Virus record (IMG/VR): IMGVR_UViG_3300014205_000003
Location: 1 to 64,000 of that record
DNA length: 64,000 nt
Direction: 5' to 3' (one strand)
Source of the DNA: a virus
Lineage: Duplodnaviria; Caudoviricetes
This document shows positions 37,799 to 47,179 of the stretch, piece by piece. Within the stretch, counting starts at the first letter, position 1; the number at the start of each line of letters is the position of its first letter. A program made the position numbers and the translations under genes. A model generated the notes under the pieces. That model searched no databases and was not told the DNA's origin. It saw only the letters and a program-made list of their open reading frames with translations.

Positions 37799-39055
37799 AT
37801 GAGCATTTGTACGAATCTCTTGCAGGATGTAAATGCAGGATATCAAGTTGCAAGAAATATGGATAGACTGTATCCTTGTGTAGATCCTATTCAGCGTCTA
37901 CAGGAAATGCATCCTGTCATTGTAGACTACGGAAGTAACTTTGGGGCTTTCTCTCTTACACTCGCTCAGATGTTTCCTAACGCTACAGTCTTCTCTATTG
38001 AGAGTGGGGAGATGCAGTATAATCCTGATCCGAGGTTTATAACCTCTAAGGGAGTAAGCTATCAAACGCAGAAAAAGGCTGAAAGAGGTTTAACCAACTT
38101 AGAGATCGGCCAGACTCACCTTACTTGTGACTTCTTCGAGCGTATGCGCAGATCCAACTGTCATGTAAGTGTTCATTTGATGATGAGCTTCATTCACTGG
38201 TTGGATGTGAAGAACTACACCGACTTCAGAAACCTGATTGAGAATCTCGTCCTTACATCTAGGGTTGTAATCTTGGAGTTGCCCTGTAAGAATGTGGATC
38301 AGTACAATCGAGCTGTAATCGACAACTGGTATGAAGGCGTAGAGACACCTGCGGAACTTCTCAAGAAGGTAAACAGAGATACAAAGCTAAACTTCAAGTT
38401 GATTCAAGTACGTCTGGCTGCGGCCTGCAGTCGTCCAATCTTTGTACTAGAAAACACACAAGCAGTTGTCTGCGGACGTTCTCCAGAAGGCTTGAAGTAT
38501 ATACTCACAGAGCAGGACAAGAAAGAGCCTTTAAACGAGTTGAGAAGACTGCCTTGGACAAAGACAAGTGTCAGTACAGTTGCTACAGATATACTAGAAG
38601 CCTCGTTCAATGGTAAGCCGGTTATCTGTAAGACGTTTAGAGATGTGCTGACTTGGCCCGATGGTGGACCTGTGGAGGAATCTACTGCAGTACGTCTGGA
38701 TGTACTTAGACATTTGAAAGGTGTTGCAGGTGTTCCTGAGTATCTTGCCTATGACTCTTACACAAAGCGGTTGTATACGAGTCATTGTGGTTGCAGGTTA
38801 ACTAAAGCGAATCTGCCTGCTGACTGGAAAGTACAACTTACAGATTTGTACAGTAGTTTGTGGAATTGTGGGGTTCTGATAAACGACTTCAAGTTAGAGA
38901 ATCTAACGGTTAGGGATAAAAGATTGTCCTTGGTAGACTTTGGGGCTGACGCTTTGATAGGGATACATTGCAGGACATCTACATATTTGCAGTATCGAGA
39001 GAGTGAAACTGCGGAGAATAGTATTGGGTGTTTGATTCGAGTCTTGTCCTTGTAG
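37799..39055 (+). CDS. SAM-methyltransferase plus kinase fusion (WbdD-like architecture)
   Basis: VDYGSNFGAFS SAM motif; NDFKLENL and LVDFG kinase motifs. Confidence 0.7.
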   Translation: MSICTNLLQDVNAGYQVARNMDRLYPCVDPIQRLQEMHPVIVDYGSNFGAFSLTLAQMFPNATVFSIESGEMQYNPDPRFITSKGVSYQTQKKAERGLTNLEIGQTHLTCDFFERMRRSNCHVSVHLMMSFIHWLDVKNYTDFRNLIENLVLTSRVVILELPCKNVDQYNRAVIDNWYEGVETPAELLKKVNRDTKLNFKLIQVRLAAACSRPIFVLENTQAVVCGRSPEGLKYILTEQDKKEPLNELRRLPWTKTSVSTVATDILEASFNGKPVICKTFRDVLTWPDGGPVEESTAVRLDVLRHLKGVAGVPEYLAYDSYTKRLYTSHCGCRLTKANLPADWKVQLTDLYSSLWNCGVLINDFKLENLTVRDKRLSLVDFGADALIGIHCRTSTYLQYRESETAENSIGCLIRVLSL

Positions 39056-39075
39056 TAGATGCGGTAAATTAGTAG

Positions 39076-39097
39076 AAGTGCACAGATGTGCGTTTTC
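39076..39097. repeat. Dispersed palindrome, copy 8
   Basis: AAGTGCACAGATGTGCGTTTTC. Confidence 0.85.
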
Positions 39098-39117
39098 TCC
39101 TTTGAAAGGATATACAG

Positions 39118-39375
39118 ATGAGTCAACTTCAATTGCAGGCTTTCTACTGTGGCTATATGGACAAGAAGGCGGCTGATCCTGCTAATCAGCAAGTGCTGGC
39201 AACCAAGCTGCAAGAGGAACAGACGAAACCTAAAGCAGGTATGTGGGGCCAGTTGCCGAGTGTTGTTGGACAGAAAATCAAAGATATAACCCTAGGCAAA
39301 CAGACTACTCCTAGTCTTAATCAGCAGATTGCTCCAGTTAAGAACACTCAGAAAGACTTGATGTCGTCCCTGTAA
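39118..39375 (+). CDS. Leader-family protein
   Basis: MSQLQLQAFYCGYMDKKA. Confidence 0.65.
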   Translation: MSQLQLQAFYCGYMDKKAADPANQQVLATKLQEEQTKPKAGMWGQLPSVVGQKIKDITLGKQTTPSLNQQIAPVKNTQKDLMSSL

Positions 39376-39382
39376 CCTTAAT

Positions 39383-39455
39383 GCACTACTGGTGTTCAAT
39401 GGTAGCACATGACCCTTCCAAGGTTATGGAATCAGTTCGAATCTGATGTAGTGCT
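39383..39455 (+). tRNA. tRNA-Gly (UCC)
   Basis: Acceptor GCACTAC/GTAGTGC; D arm; anticodon arm TGACC-CTTCCAA-GGTTA; T arm ATCAG-TTCGAAT-CTGAT; U discriminator. Confidence 0.92.
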
Positions 39456-39519
39456 CTCCACTTAACTCTTATGTCAAAAGAAGATACAAGTCACAAAGCA
39501 GATCAGACGGAGGTGTCGG

Positions 39520-39804
39520 ATGATTCCGAGCCCCCTCTCAACTCTAGTTCTCTATGGACTGTATTTACTTGTTGGTGCGAGCGAGTGGTCGCTCTGTGTC
39601 GTTCGTACAAGGGCAATAGCCTTGAATCATGTGCGGACAGCGGTTGTTATTGTCTTTATCGAAAACGCGCTTTCGCTTTGGGTACTCTCGAACTTTGTAA
39701 GAAGTAATGACTTTGGTCTAGCGTTTGCTTATTGCTTAGGTGGTTCAATCGGGGCGTATACAGTTTGTAAGAGTTCTGCGGGGAATAAGACAAATGACAA
39801 ATAA
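39520..39804 (+). CDS. Small 3-TM membrane protein
   Basis: GGAGG RBS; AYCLGGSIGAY. Confidence 0.6.
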   Translation: MIPSPLSTLVLYGLYLLVGASEWSLCVVRTRAIALNHVRTAVVIVFIENALSLWVLSNFVRSNDFGLAFAYCLGGSIGAYTVCKSSAGNKTNDK

Positions 39805-40366
39805 TCAACTGAACGCTTTCTTCACTGGCTACTTGCAGAAGTCTGATACAGACACTATGCAGAAGACTGCCAACAGTGTAGATATGCCTATTGGAGAGTT
39901 CTCCAAGATTCAACCTTGGGATCTGTACAAGCGCTTAGGCATTGCAGACAATACTGGACACGCTCCTCGAATAGAAGCTATCATTGCCAGTCGCAGAGAA
40001 CAAGGACAGCGGCTCAATGGAGATACCGCTAAGGCCTTTGAGTGTACTAAGCTCGCCAATGACTCTACAGATGCACGCAAGTATAGAGACTTCGTCGACA
40101 ACGACGGCAAGTACAACAAGTCAAAAGACACTGATGTAGATAACGAAAAAGCAGAGCTTGCTGCTGGACGTAAGGTAGAGAAGGAACATACGAGTAATCC
40201 TGAGATTGCTACTCGCATAGCGAAGGATCATCTCGTTGAATCCAAGGAAAGTCCTCTAGGATACTACAAGGGCTTGAGCATGCTGGAACGATTCATGGAC
40301 AAGCTCAAGCAGAAAGCACGTCCAACAGAAGCCATCAAAGAGTTCGATGAGGTTACTAAGAAATGA
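39794..40366 (+). CDS. Leader-family protein with DUF5661-like domain
   Basis: MTNNQLNAFFTGYLQKS; GRKVEKEHT..IAKDHL.E...YY..L. Confidence 0.65.
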   Translation: MTNNQLNAFFTGYLQKSDTDTMQKTANSVDMPIGEFSKIQPWDLYKRLGIADNTGHAPRIEAIIASRREQGQRLNGDTAKAFECTKLANDSTDARKYRDFVDNDGKYNKSKDTDVDNEKAELAAGRKVEKEHTSNPEIATRIAKDHLVESKESPLGYYKGLSMLERFMDKLKQKARPTEAIKEFDEVTKK

Positions 40367-40944
40367 CTAGAGCTCAGCAGACAGCTTTCATGCATGGTTA
40401 TCTGGAGAAGTCTGGGAGCATTGTACAGAACGGTATTCGTTTCTTTAGTCGTGCAGGATTAGGTACATCTACACTTAAACCTAGTCAGTTTGAGTTCATA
40501 GAAAGATCCAAAAGCTGGAATCCTGTTAATAGGATGTTTCTAAAGGCTCTTAAAATGGCGGGTGGAGAAAAAGCTTTAGCAAAAATACGTGATGCATCTA
40601 TGCTTGAGGATATACAACCCGGAACAGGTCTTGCAGGAGTCGCGGCGACAGGCGGAAAAGTTGTTGCGTTGGCAGATGCAAAAGCTTTCACGCCAATGCA
40701 ACGACGATCTGTTATAGCACACGAGGCATTTCACGCCAACAATCCGCAGATAGGTAAATATGAGTTACTAGCTCGTCTGTATGGAGGGTATAAATCCCAG
40801 AAGAGTAGCAGTCTGTTCTCCAGACTGAAAGCAAGTGCAGACGAAGGGAGAGATTATATATCTTCCTTCAAGAATCCAGAGTTTGCAAAGCATTATCCTA
40901 AATCTCCTTTTCAGAACGAGACGGTTAGACGTCTTTTTGTGTAA
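40363..40944 (+). CDS. Leader-family protein with HExxH motif
   Basis: MTRAQQTAFMHGYLEKSG; IAHEAFH. Confidence 0.65.
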   Translation: MTRAQQTAFMHGYLEKSGSIVQNGIRFFSRAGLGTSTLKPSQFEFIERSKSWNPVNRMFLKALKMAGGEKALAKIRDASMLEDIQPGTGLAGVAATGGKVVALADAKAFTPMQRRSVIAHEAFHANNPQIGKYELLARLYGGYKSQKSSSLFSRLKASADEGRDYISSFKNPEFAKHYPKSPFQNETVRRLFV

Positions 40945-40970
40945 CACTAGAGACCTTATAGGACACCCTT

Positions 40971-43900
40971 ATGCCCGATGATCTCAAAACACCCATCGTT
41001 GAACCAACTCCTAACTACATCAAGTCCTACTTCGAGAAAATGGAGCTCGATCCTGAATCTGTCCAGTCAACACTCGGTCGTCCGCATACTCATGCGACAG
41101 CCGATGCGATCCTCGACGCCACCTCCAAAGTCCTCAAGCTCTCCCGCCGAGAAGTAGATCCAGACGACAGAGACTCTCTGGAGTTTCAAACTGTCCACGA
41201 TGCTTCCGACTTCCTTCCAGACAAAGTACGTATGGACCAAGGTGGAATATTGCGGAAAGCTCTGTGGAAGCTTACAAACAAGAACGGAGACTTCTCTAAG
41301 GTTCCTGCAGGACTCTTGGACAAACACAATGACAACCTGTTCAACGTCAGTGGTTTAAGCCAAGGCATTGAAGAAACGTCAAATTTCGAGATGTATGATC
41401 AGAACACTCGAGTTCATCGAATGGGTGAAGGCGCTCTTCCTAGCATTGATGCCATTCCTTTGGAAGCACGTGCAGTCTCTCCAAGTTACTTAGGTTTAAT
41501 AGATTGCGTCCGCACCCCCGAAAGTTTGAAGGTAGGTGTTGACCTCAAATTTGCGCGTAATGTGAAGAAGGGTCCTAACAACCTCGTCTATACCAAGATG
41601 CTGGATAAAGATGGGAAAGAGGTTTGGGTATCTTCTAGAGATTTACCTCGGTCGATCGTTATGTTTCCAGACTCTGGAGATAAAAACGATAAGTTCGTGC
41701 CTGCTATTGTTAGAGGACGTACTTTGGAGTATGTGGATAGGAAAACTGTAAATTACACGCTTCCTTCTGGAGATGACATGTTCTCAGAGGGCGGTAATCT
41801 TACTCCTAGTGTGTCTGGTGTAAAAGGTATGCGCTTGTTGCTTGCAGGCAAATATCCTGCGGCAGCACTGTCTATTACAGGACGTGAAGCTCCACTAGTA
41901 CAGACAATGTCTTCTGATGGAACTCCTACGTCCGATCGTATAGGAAAACACTTGGGGCCTTCCTATTCGTCTATTGAGGGTACTGTTACTAAGGTTACTC
42001 CTACAGAGATCTGGATCAAAGATGCTAAGGGTAAGATTGAAAAGAAAGATCTGTACAATGATCATCCGTACATGCGTAAATCCTATCTGCACAACACTCC
42101 TGAAGTAGAAGTCGGGCAGATGGTTAAAGCTGGAGACATTCTAGCTTCCAGCAACTTTACAGACTCTAAGGGTAATGCGGCCTTAGGTGCAAACGTACGT
42201 ATGGCTTACATGCCGCACGATGGTTTGACCTTTGAGGATTCCTCAATCATATCAGAGTCTTTGGCTAAGCGCATGACTTCGTTACATATGTACAACGAAG
42301 ATATTGACACAGATGACGCTACTCGCTTGGATAAGAAGACCTTCATGCAGATGTTCCCTGGAAAGTACTCTAAGGAACAACTGGCTAAGCTGGATGCCAA
42401 AGGCATGGTATTGCCGGGAGTAGTCCTCAATAGTGGCGATCCTATGTTCTTAGGAATTAAGGAAACTCCTCCGGGTCCTGGTAATATGGGACGTGGCTCT
42501 GTTCGACAGGTTGTCAAGAACTGGGAATACGACACTCCCGGAACTGTTGCGTACGCAGCTAAGACTAAGGGAGGCTTTACTGCCTTTGTAAAGACTCAGG
42601 AACCTTTTCAAGAGGGTGGAAAGATTGCTACTCCATATGGAAGCAAGTCAGTAGTTGCTAGAATCTATCCCGACGATCAGATGCCTAGGGACAATCAAGG
42701 ACGTCCTGTAGAGTGGATCATGAGTCCTTTTGGCGTTCAAAGCAGAACGAATCCAGCACTTATTCCTGCAGGAGCTTTAGGTAAGATTGCTGCCAAGACA
42801 GGTATTCCTTACAACCTTAGAGGCTTCAATCCCGGCGAGGTTAAGAAATTTGCAGACGAAGAGCTTGCTAAACATAACATGACCGATAAAGAAGACGTGT
42901 ACGATCCTGTGCGCAAAGTAACAATTCCAGGCATCTATGTTGGAAACGTTTACGCCTACAAGATGCAGCAAACTGCTGAGAATAAAGGACATGCACGTTC
43001 TGTAGGTACGTATAGTGCTGAGGATGTGCCCCTTAAGGGTGGTTCTAGCGGAAGTAAGCATGTGGGCGACATGGAGTGGTTTGGTTTACTTTCTCACAAT
43101 GCAATTGCGAATATCTATGATATGAAGCAAGTTAAAGGTCGTCGCAATGATGACTACTGGCGTCAGGTTAAGCTTGGACAGACTCCTAGTGTTCCCGGAA
43201 CTCCTGTAGTCTATTCCAAGTTCAAAGACTTGCTCAAAGCTGCTGGTGTAAATCTGTCGGAAGGTAAGGACACCACGTCTATCTTTGGTATGACTAACGC
43301 ACAAGCGGAGAAGTTGACAGGTAATCGAGAACTTGACTCTGCTTCTACCTTCAACGCGAATACCTTCAAGCCAATTCCTGGAGGTCTCTTCGATTCTGAT
43401 AAGACAGGTTCGTTGGGGGATGGTAGAGGCTGGAGCTACTACAGTCTTCCAGAACCTTTGCCCAATCCTGTAATGGAAGAGCCTATTCGAGCTTTGCTTG
43501 GAGTTACTAAGAAAGACTTCGACAAAGTGATCTCTGGAGAACTTCCTCTCAACGGTAAGTATGGTGGACAGGCTATTACAGAATACCTGAAGCGTGTCAA
43601 TCTGGATGATGTGATGAACACAGCTTCAGAGACCATTCGCAGTGGCAGTAAGTCTAAGCGAGATGCCGCTGTTAAGGTTTATGGCTACGCCAGTGCCATG
43701 AAGAAGCAGGGTGTACGCCCTGAAGAGTTCATGATGACTCGTGTACCTGTCCTGCCTCCTGCTTGGCGTCCTATTACTGCTAGTGGAGCTCGTACGATGG
43801 TTGCTGATCAGAACTATACGTATCGAGCATTGTTCGACAGTATTCAGGACTACAAGGATTCCATGAGTCTTCCTGAGGATCTTCGACAGACAGCTCGACA

Positions 43901-44663
43901 GAACATGTACAACAGCTACAGAAGTCTCGTAGGCACTACTGATCCTACACAGGAGAAGCTGGTACAGAAGAACGTTGGCGGTTTGCTGGACAGTCTGCTT
44001 GGCAAATCCTCGCCAAAACTGGGATTCTTTCAAAGGCGTGTAATTGGTTCTAACATTGACATGGGTGGTTTAGGGGTTGTTACCTTGAACTCCTCTCTCA
44101 AATTGAACGAAATAGGTTTACCAGAAGCGACTGTCTGGGACTTGTACAGTCCTTTCATTGTTCGTAAGCTTGTTCAGCAGGGTATGCCAGCTATGCAGGC
44201 AGCTGAAGCAATCAAGAGTAAGACAGAACAAGCAGGTAAAGCTCTACAGGGTATTATGAAAGAGCGACCTGTACTGATGAATCGTGCGCCTACCAACCAC
44301 AAGTACAGCATTATGGCTGTGTGGCCTAGAATGACTAAGGGACATTCTGTACAGGTTAATCCTACCCTTATGGGTCCCTACACAATGGACCTGGACGGCG
44401 ACGTTGCAAGTTATTCTGTTCCAGTGAGTAATAACGCTGTCAAGGAAGCAATTGCGCGTATGCTTCCTGAGAAGAATCTGCTGTCTGTTTCAAATGACAA
44501 GCCGATGTATGTTCCGAGTCAGGAGTTTGCTATGGGTGGCTGGACGATGTCCAAGGAGCCTAACAGGGACAAGCCTGTACGTTTCAACACTTGGCAGGAT
44601 GCTGTGAAGGCTTACAAGACTGGGCAGATTAAGGTAGATACTCCTGTAATTGTAGGACGTTGA
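40971..44663 (+). CDS. RNA polymerase beta(C-terminal)-beta'(N-terminal) fusion with catalytic DxDGD
   Basis: TPES, GGKIATPYGSKSVV, SRTN, GDMEW (beta); VPVLPPAWRP, LMNRAPTNH, TMDLDGD (beta'). Confidence 0.92.
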   Translation: MPDDLKTPIVEPTPNYIKSYFEKMELDPESVQSTLGRPHTHATADAILDATSKVLKLSRREVDPDDRDSLEFQTVHDASDFLPDKVRMDQGGILRKALWKLTNKNGDFSKVPAGLLDKHNDNLFNVSGLSQGIEETSNFEMYDQNTRVHRMGEGALPSIDAIPLEARAVSPSYLGLIDCVRTPESLKVGVDLKFARNVKKGPNNLVYTKMLDKDGKEVWVSSRDLPRSIVMFPDSGDKNDKFVPAIVRGRTLEYVDRKTVNYTLPSGDDMFSEGGNLTPSVSGVKGMRLLLAGKYPAAALSITGREAPLVQTMSSDGTPTSDRIGKHLGPSYSSIEGTVTKVTPTEIWIKDAKGKIEKKDLYNDHPYMRKSYLHNTPEVEVGQMVKAGDILASSNFTDSKGNAALGANVRMAYMPHDGLTFEDSSIISESLAKRMTSLHMYNEDIDTDDATRLDKKTFMQMFPGKYSKEQLAKLDAKGMVLPGVVLNSGDPMFLGIKETPPGPGNMGRGSVRQVVKNWEYDTPGTVAYAAKTKGGFTAFVKTQEPFQEGGKIATPYGSKSVVARIYPDDQMPRDNQGRPVEWIMSPFGVQSRTNPALIPAGALGKIAAKTGIPYNLRGFNPGEVKKFADEELAKHNMTDKEDVYDPVRKVTIPGIYVGNVYAYKMQQTAENKGHARSVGTYSAEDVPLKGGSSGSKHVGDMEWFGLLSHNAIANIYDMKQVKGRRNDDYWRQVKLGQTPSVPGTPVVYSKFKDLLKAAGVNLSEGKDTTSIFGMTNAQAEKLTGNRELDSASTFNANTFKPIPGGLFDSDKTGSLGDGRGWSYYSLPEPLPNPVMEEPIRALLGVTKKDFDKVISGELPLNGKYGGQAITEYLKRVNLDDVMNTASETIRSGSKSKRDAAVKVYGYASAMKKQGVRPEEFMMTRVPVLPPAWRPITASGARTMVADQNYTYRALFDSIQDYKDSMSLPEDLRQTARQNMYNSYRSLVGTTDPTQEKLVQKNVGGLLDSLLGKSSPKLGFFQRRVIGSNIDMGGLGVVTLNSSLKLNEIGLPEATVWDLYSPFIVRKLVQQGMPAMQAAEAIKSKTEQAGKALQGIMKERPVLMNRAPTNHKYSIMAVWPRMTKGHSVQVNPTLMGPYTMDLDGDVASYSVPVSNNAVKEAIARMLPEKNLLSVSNDKPMYVPSQEFAMGGWTMSKEPNRDKPVRFNTWQDAVKAYKTGQIKVDTPVIVGR

Positions 44664-44821
44664 TAATCTCTTATGAGGTTGTCGATGACTTCATTTGATA
44701 TTCCTAGATCTGTTCAGCATGATACGTATTCCTGTGGAGCTCATGCTGTAAGAAGTCTGTTGTGGTACTTCAAGCGTCCTGTTCATTAGTTGTCGAAATA
44801 GTTAATAAGCTGTAAGAAGCA

Positions 44822-44850
44822 TTGACAACTTTGACTTGGTGGTCTATATT
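44822..44850 (+). promoter_or_regulatory. Sigma70-type promoter for tnpB (leaderless transcript likely)
   Basis: TTGACA-N17-TATATT, ATG 7 nt downstream. Confidence 0.7.
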
Positions 44851-45958
44851 AAGATTATGATCAGAACCGTAAATATAGACCTAAATCATCTGACGCAACA
44901 TAAGCGGTCTAGCATTGCTGCGTTACTTACTGCATATAGAAGTGCTGTAAACTTCTACTGCAAAAGCCTATGGAACACTCCAGGGAAACTAGATGCAGTT
45001 ACAGAGAAACGTCTTGTAAACTCTCGTCTGACTGCCCGATATCGTTGCACTGCTCTCAAGACAGCTCTCGCAATTGTTATTACAACCCGCAGAGCTCTGA
45101 AGGTAACTAAGAAGTACGGATCAATTCCAGTTCTTACAGGTATGGTTTCTCTGGATCAGAAGTTCGTTACAGTTGAAAAAGGTAAGCAAAGCTTCGACTA
45201 CGTACTCAAACTCTCCTCGCTGTCTTCTGGAAACCGGATCACAATTCCTTTCAACTCTCACAAGAGACTTCAGTATTGGCTATCGAAGCCAGGAGCGGTC
45301 CTGAAACAAGCTTGTCAGATCTCTGAAGACAGGATGAAACTCTATGTAGAGTTTCCAGACGAAGCTCCTCGCACAACAGGACGTGTCCTAGGTGTAGACG
45401 TCGGAATAAACAAACTGCTGACTACTTCGGACAATGTCTTCTTAGGAACAACTTGGAAAGCTCTGTCTCTGAAGATCAGACGCTGCAAAGTTGGAAGTGC
45501 TGGAAGACAACGAGCATACAGAGAACGTGATCAGTTTATTAATCGTACTGTCAATCTTCTTCCTTGGTCAGAACTTCGAGCAATCGGAATTGAAGACCTC
45601 AAAGGTATGAAGACAGGTAAAAGTAAGAATCGAGGAAAAGCATTTCGTAAAGCACTGGCACCATGGCTGTACCGTCGACTGCTCAACCGCATAGAGGTTA
45701 AAGCAGAGGAGAACCGTGTTCGTCCTCTGCGTGTACCTGCGGCCAATAGTTCACGGGAATGTCCACGTTGTGGAATGGTGTCGAAGCTGAATCGCACAGG
45801 AGAGAACTTTGTTTGTATTCGTTGCGGCCACGCTGCGGATGCCGACTACGTCGGAGCAAGCAATGTTCTCGCTCGTACTATGCAGATCCTAGGGAGCTAG
45901 AGTCCCCTAGTGCCAAAAGCTGGAATTGTTAGCGCAAGTTAACTATTACGGTAACTCT
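44827..45958 (+). mobile_element. Non-autonomous TnpB element (IS200/IS605 superfamily)
   Basis: Starts after TTGAC and ends at ACTCT; removal restores the interrupted reading frame. Confidence 0.7.
44857..45900 (+). CDS. tnpB: TnpB RNA-guided endonuclease
   Basis: GVDVG, IEDL, CPRCG..CIRCG and DAD; RuvC triad intact. Confidence 0.9.
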   Translation: MIRTVNIDLNHLTQHKRSSIAALLTAYRSAVNFYCKSLWNTPGKLDAVTEKRLVNSRLTARYRCTALKTALAIVITTRRALKVTKKYGSIPVLTGMVSLDQKFVTVEKGKQSFDYVLKLSSLSSGNRITIPFNSHKRLQYWLSKPGAVLKQACQISEDRMKLYVEFPDEAPRTTGRVLGVDVGINKLLTTSDNVFLGTTWKALSLKIRRCKVGSAGRQRAYRERDQFINRTVNLLPWSELRAIGIEDLKGMKTGKSKNRGKAFRKALAPWLYRRLLNRIEVKAEENRVRPLRVPAANSSRECPRCGMVSKLNRTGENFVCIRCGHAADADYVGASNVLARTMQILGS

Positions 45959-46229
45959 CTCCCAAGCCCTCTGAATGTCTAGACTACTCCTAAGAACAAT
46001 TCCTGTATGCTTCAAACCACTTGCTGTAAGTGCTCTAAGCAGACACACCCACCTTATCCTTCTTCCGTCGTGCAACATAGCTTCTTCATAGCCCTCCAAT
46101 ATGGTAATAGGACGCTAAATTAGTCTATGTTGTTGATTCAAGCAATGGCAGGGATACAGAGTTCAGTCACTTAGAGTGGTTTCGGTACGAATACGATCAC
46201 ATACGAGTGTTTGCGATAAAGAATTAACT

Positions 46230-47156
46230 ATGACCGAAGCAGACCTTCAAAAACTTGCGGCAATCTCTTGGGGAAAACTTCTGCACGAAGGTTCAGAAGG
46301 GCAGAATGCTTCTAGAGATGCTATCGCAAAACTCTTGCAGATCATGCGCAAGCATACGCCTACAACTTTTCTTCCTCACAAATATCGCTTGCCTAATCTG
46401 TTTAACAAAGCTCCTGACTTCTTCTTTCCTGGTTGGTCAGAGCGAAAAGTTCTAGAGCATCCTGTAACGCAGAAAGTCCTTCAAGCGACTGTAGGTAAAG
46501 TTCCAGGTATGTCCTTGCCTATCTCTAATCTGCCAAACAGGCTTGAGCAGGTTTCTGGACTACTGTCAGATGCCGCTAAGCAGTATACGGCTCCTCTCAG
46601 TAGAGGTGTTAACAAAGCTGTATCTCTTCTTCCTCGTAAGACTCAAAAGATTACACCTCTCAAGGTGGACGATTTGAAGATTACCGACGATGTATCGAAG
46701 CTGGACAAGACAGGTTCAGACGCTTGCAGTCTGTTGCTTCAGAAGCTCGCAGAGAAAAACGATGAGTGGACTGCAGGCGATGTAGCTCTAACAGGCGCGG
46801 CTGGAAGTCTAGCCGCTCCTATCTATGCAGGGTCTGAATATGCTACAATGAAGCACTTGGCCAAGAAGCAACCTGTTGCTCAGGGTTTGATGAATCCTAA
46901 CAAGTGGGCACATGTAATTGCTAAGTTGATCAAAGCCCAGAAAGATGTTGAAGTTTCTGACAAGACACGTGCAACGTATATAAAACAGTGGAACAATGCG
47001 GCTAAGAGTACTTGGAGAAATGGTAGAGACGTTATGCTTACTGCAGAAGGTGTAAATCCTAAGCTGGTTAAAGGCGGTAAGTACAGTTTGATGATTCTTC
47101 CTGCAGTACTTACTGCTTTAGCCATTCAGAGTAAGCATAATGACAAGTTAAGTTAA
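46230..47156 (+). CDS. KxA-family protein
   Basis: LQKLAA, LDKTGS, LQKLAE; C-terminal hydrophobic helix. Confidence 0.6.
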   Translation: MTEADLQKLAAISWGKLLHEGSEGQNASRDAIAKLLQIMRKHTPTTFLPHKYRLPNLFNKAPDFFFPGWSERKVLEHPVTQKVLQATVGKVPGMSLPISNLPNRLEQVSGLLSDAAKQYTAPLSRGVNKAVSLLPRKTQKITPLKVDDLKITDDVSKLDKTGSDACSLLLQKLAEKNDEWTAGDVALTGAAGSLAAPIYAGSEYATMKHLAKKQPVAQGLMNPNKWAHVIAKLIKAQKDVEVSDKTRATYIKQWNNAAKSTWRNGRDVMLTAEGVNPKLVKGGKYSLMILPAVLTALAIQSKHNDKLS

Positions 47157-47179
47157 TAAGTAGAACAAAGGAAACGCAC

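Larger units (their letters stand above)
44685..46227 (+). pseudogene. C39-like cysteine peptidase gene broken by TnpB insertion and inversion
   Basis: 5' piece QHDTYSCGAHAVRSLLWYF (44685-44780); 3' piece LVYVVDSSNGR (46109-46227); middle part on the minus strand. Confidence 0.7.

Noticed and set aside
40971-44663. Intein or intron in the RNAP gene
   Set aside because: No splice-junction motifs or unexplained large insertion were seen.
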